Below, one piece after another: positions 61,876 through 64,000 of a stretch of DNA of 64,000 bases. Position 1 is the first letter of the stretch, and every line of letters starts with the position of its first letter. The translations under genes were made by a program, and so were the position numbers. Below the pieces are notes generated by a model. That model saw only the letters and a list, made by a program, of their open reading frames with translations, searched no databases and had not been told where the DNA came from. The stretch covers positions 83,328,001 through 83,392,000 of the forward strand of contig OX638149.1 in assembly GCA_951804945.1 (NCBI GenBank), written 5' to 3'. The stretch comes from Podarcis cretensis (taxonomy: Eukaryota).

Positions 61876-64000
61876 TAACACCAGTAGGAAGGTGGTATGT
61901 GATTGTTCTAAACATTATTGACCCTGATTTAGAAAGCATACCTTGCTGGCTAAGAAATTGTGTATGCAGTTTAGATACAAATGTGCAATTTGATTTGCAA
62001 CCCCCAGTGTCACATGTGGTAAACGCACTCACCCAAGTCGTATAGAAAGAAGAGGCGGAGGTCCAATTCTAGAAGCAAAAGGTGGCCACTTCTACTCTGT
62101 GCATCCCATTTGCTGTTCAAGTCAGACCTCTAATTTTGTGAATGATAAGAGCTACAGGGGAGCTGTGAAGTAGGTAGCCAAGTTTGTTGAAGAGACCAGA
62201 TTTTTCAGGGTGTATAAAACAAAAAGGAATTGCAAATGAGCTACAAAGGAATTTATCCAAACTGGGTGACTGAATCCCATTTGCCATTTTATGGCCCAGT
62301 GTGAGCTTAGTTCAAAGTGATGCCCTTATACAGGGTCATTTTGGTGATCTATAAATGGCTTTTGATGAAATTGTTTTTCCAGAGAGTGAAGACCTTGTGT
62401 ATTCTCTACCGCAGAGCCTTCGCCCCCTGTAACTGTAGATAAATCTGTGTGAAAAATATATAGCTCACATGTAACATTAACCCTGCCCCTCTCCAATATT
62501 GTTCTTTGGTAAGATGGTTCATTCTGAATAGAAATAATATTCTAGCCAACTATACGATATATTGGATGAGGAAATCATTCCCTCTAATTGCAAACTCAAG
62601 GAGAGATGTTTGACACTGTCTGTAACTGTTTTAAAGCATCAAAGACTTTTCTCTTTTCACAGGTTTTTGGACCTTAGTTTGAAGTTCGACATCGTGGCCT
62701 TTTTGAGTGGGGATGGGATCTGTAAATCCTCATTTTTATTTGTATAGCTGTGTTTTTATATTTTTATCAGATGTTCTTAATTGGTTTTAATAATGTAAGT
62801 TGCTTTGGGTCGTCACTCTGTGAGAAAAGTGACTTTTTTATTACTATTATTCACAGCAGAGTGCTTTGTAGGGCTTCTGGGAAACAGAGAATTCCAAGGT
62901 TCACAGAAATTAAACATTTTTTTGTGGGGAATTATCTATGGGGGGAGGAACACCCCCCTCCAAAAAATGAAAACCAGGGAGGGGGGAGGGAATGAAGAAT
63001 CTTGGGAAGGGGCATGGCTGGCTGGAGCCTTCAAACAAGAGCACTCCATGCTACGTTTAGGTGTGCTTATATTGTGATATTTCACACTTGATGAAGATAA
63101 AGCTGTTTTCCTCTACAAAGGGCTCTAAATGATTTTTGCTCTAGTTTCTGCTCAGGAGCTGCTGCTTTGGACAACTCTGGGTCCGTTGCAGAAAGGTCCC
63201 GTCAGGAGGTAGGGGAAATTGGGCATTGCGGGACCTCTACTGTTTGTCCCTCAGAACCCAATATTGCCAGTAGTGGAGGGGGCTGCCCATTTCTGCCCTG
63301 CTCCACACAAATTCTCCATGAGACCTAACTCATGTCGATATTCAAAGCCCCAGATCAGAAAAAAATGAGACTTTGCTCTCTGCAATTAATTTGTAACTCT
63401 TCATGTTGGGCAACCCAGTACAGGGTAATCATTGACAGAGACATTGGTCCAGGTGAATGCACCTTAGCTTTTCATCAGGCAAGATCAGGATCATGTTATA
63501 CAATGTACAAAAACTGAACCACTCCCCTCCCTTATTTTCTGAAAACAGCAGAATCATACAACAAGCTCTTTCTGAAACTGGAGGCTTGTACAACAGCTCT
63601 TGTTCACATTCCTTTCTCTGCTCAAAAAGAATCTGCTAGATTGGAGGCTTAGCCTGGTTGAACGTATGCCAAAAAATATGCCGAAGCTTAAAAATGTTCC
63701 CAGCTAATCAGAACCTGTCCCCCCCCCCCCAAACAAAAGGATCACTACCTACTTCAGAAGCTTCCAGAAAAAGCTTCTGGATTTGAGCCAGTGTGGTGCA
63801 ATAGCTAGACAAGACCAGGAGACCGAGGTTATCCCTCACTCTGCTGAAACCCATTTAGCCATGAAACTCATTTGATGACAATGGGCCATCTTTCAGCCAT
63901 TCTGCCCAATATGGTTGTTGCGAGGAGAAAAGTTCCACATAAGCTGCCTTGATCTCCTTCAAGGAAAGTTTAAGATAGCAATGTAGTAAAATATATTTTT

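Overview
Vertebrate genomic DNA from a squamate reptile, probably a lacertid lizard (inferred from Sauria-type SINEs, BovB, CR1 and Tc1/mariner and hAT MITEs). Four intact multi-exon genes were reconstructed by hand from GT-AG splice sites. TMEM109 (minus, 3 coding exons, 240 aa) lies head-to-head with PRPF19 (plus, 16 exons, 504 aa). ZP1 (minus, 12 exons, ~1836 aa) lies tail-to-tail with PRPF19, and a type-I acyl-CoA thioesterase/BAAT-family gene (minus, 3 coding exons, 420 aa) follows. The main finding is the egg-coat gene ZP1. Its exon 3 is 3982 bp long and encodes ~1250 aa of Pro/Gln-rich PG(Q/L)V(H/R)PLP(QP)n repeats between the ZP-N1 cross-linking domain and the trefoil, yet the protein keeps its furin site and C-terminal transmembrane anchor. 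Secondary findings include a TIR transposon family carrying different internal satellites (a 118-bp double-hairpin unit and a 154-bp unit) in PRPF19 introns, hAT MITEs carrying the same ACTACAnnTCCCA motif as the bidirectional promoter, and an ACOT-family gene next to ZP1. An assembly gap (N run) lies at 26641-26818.
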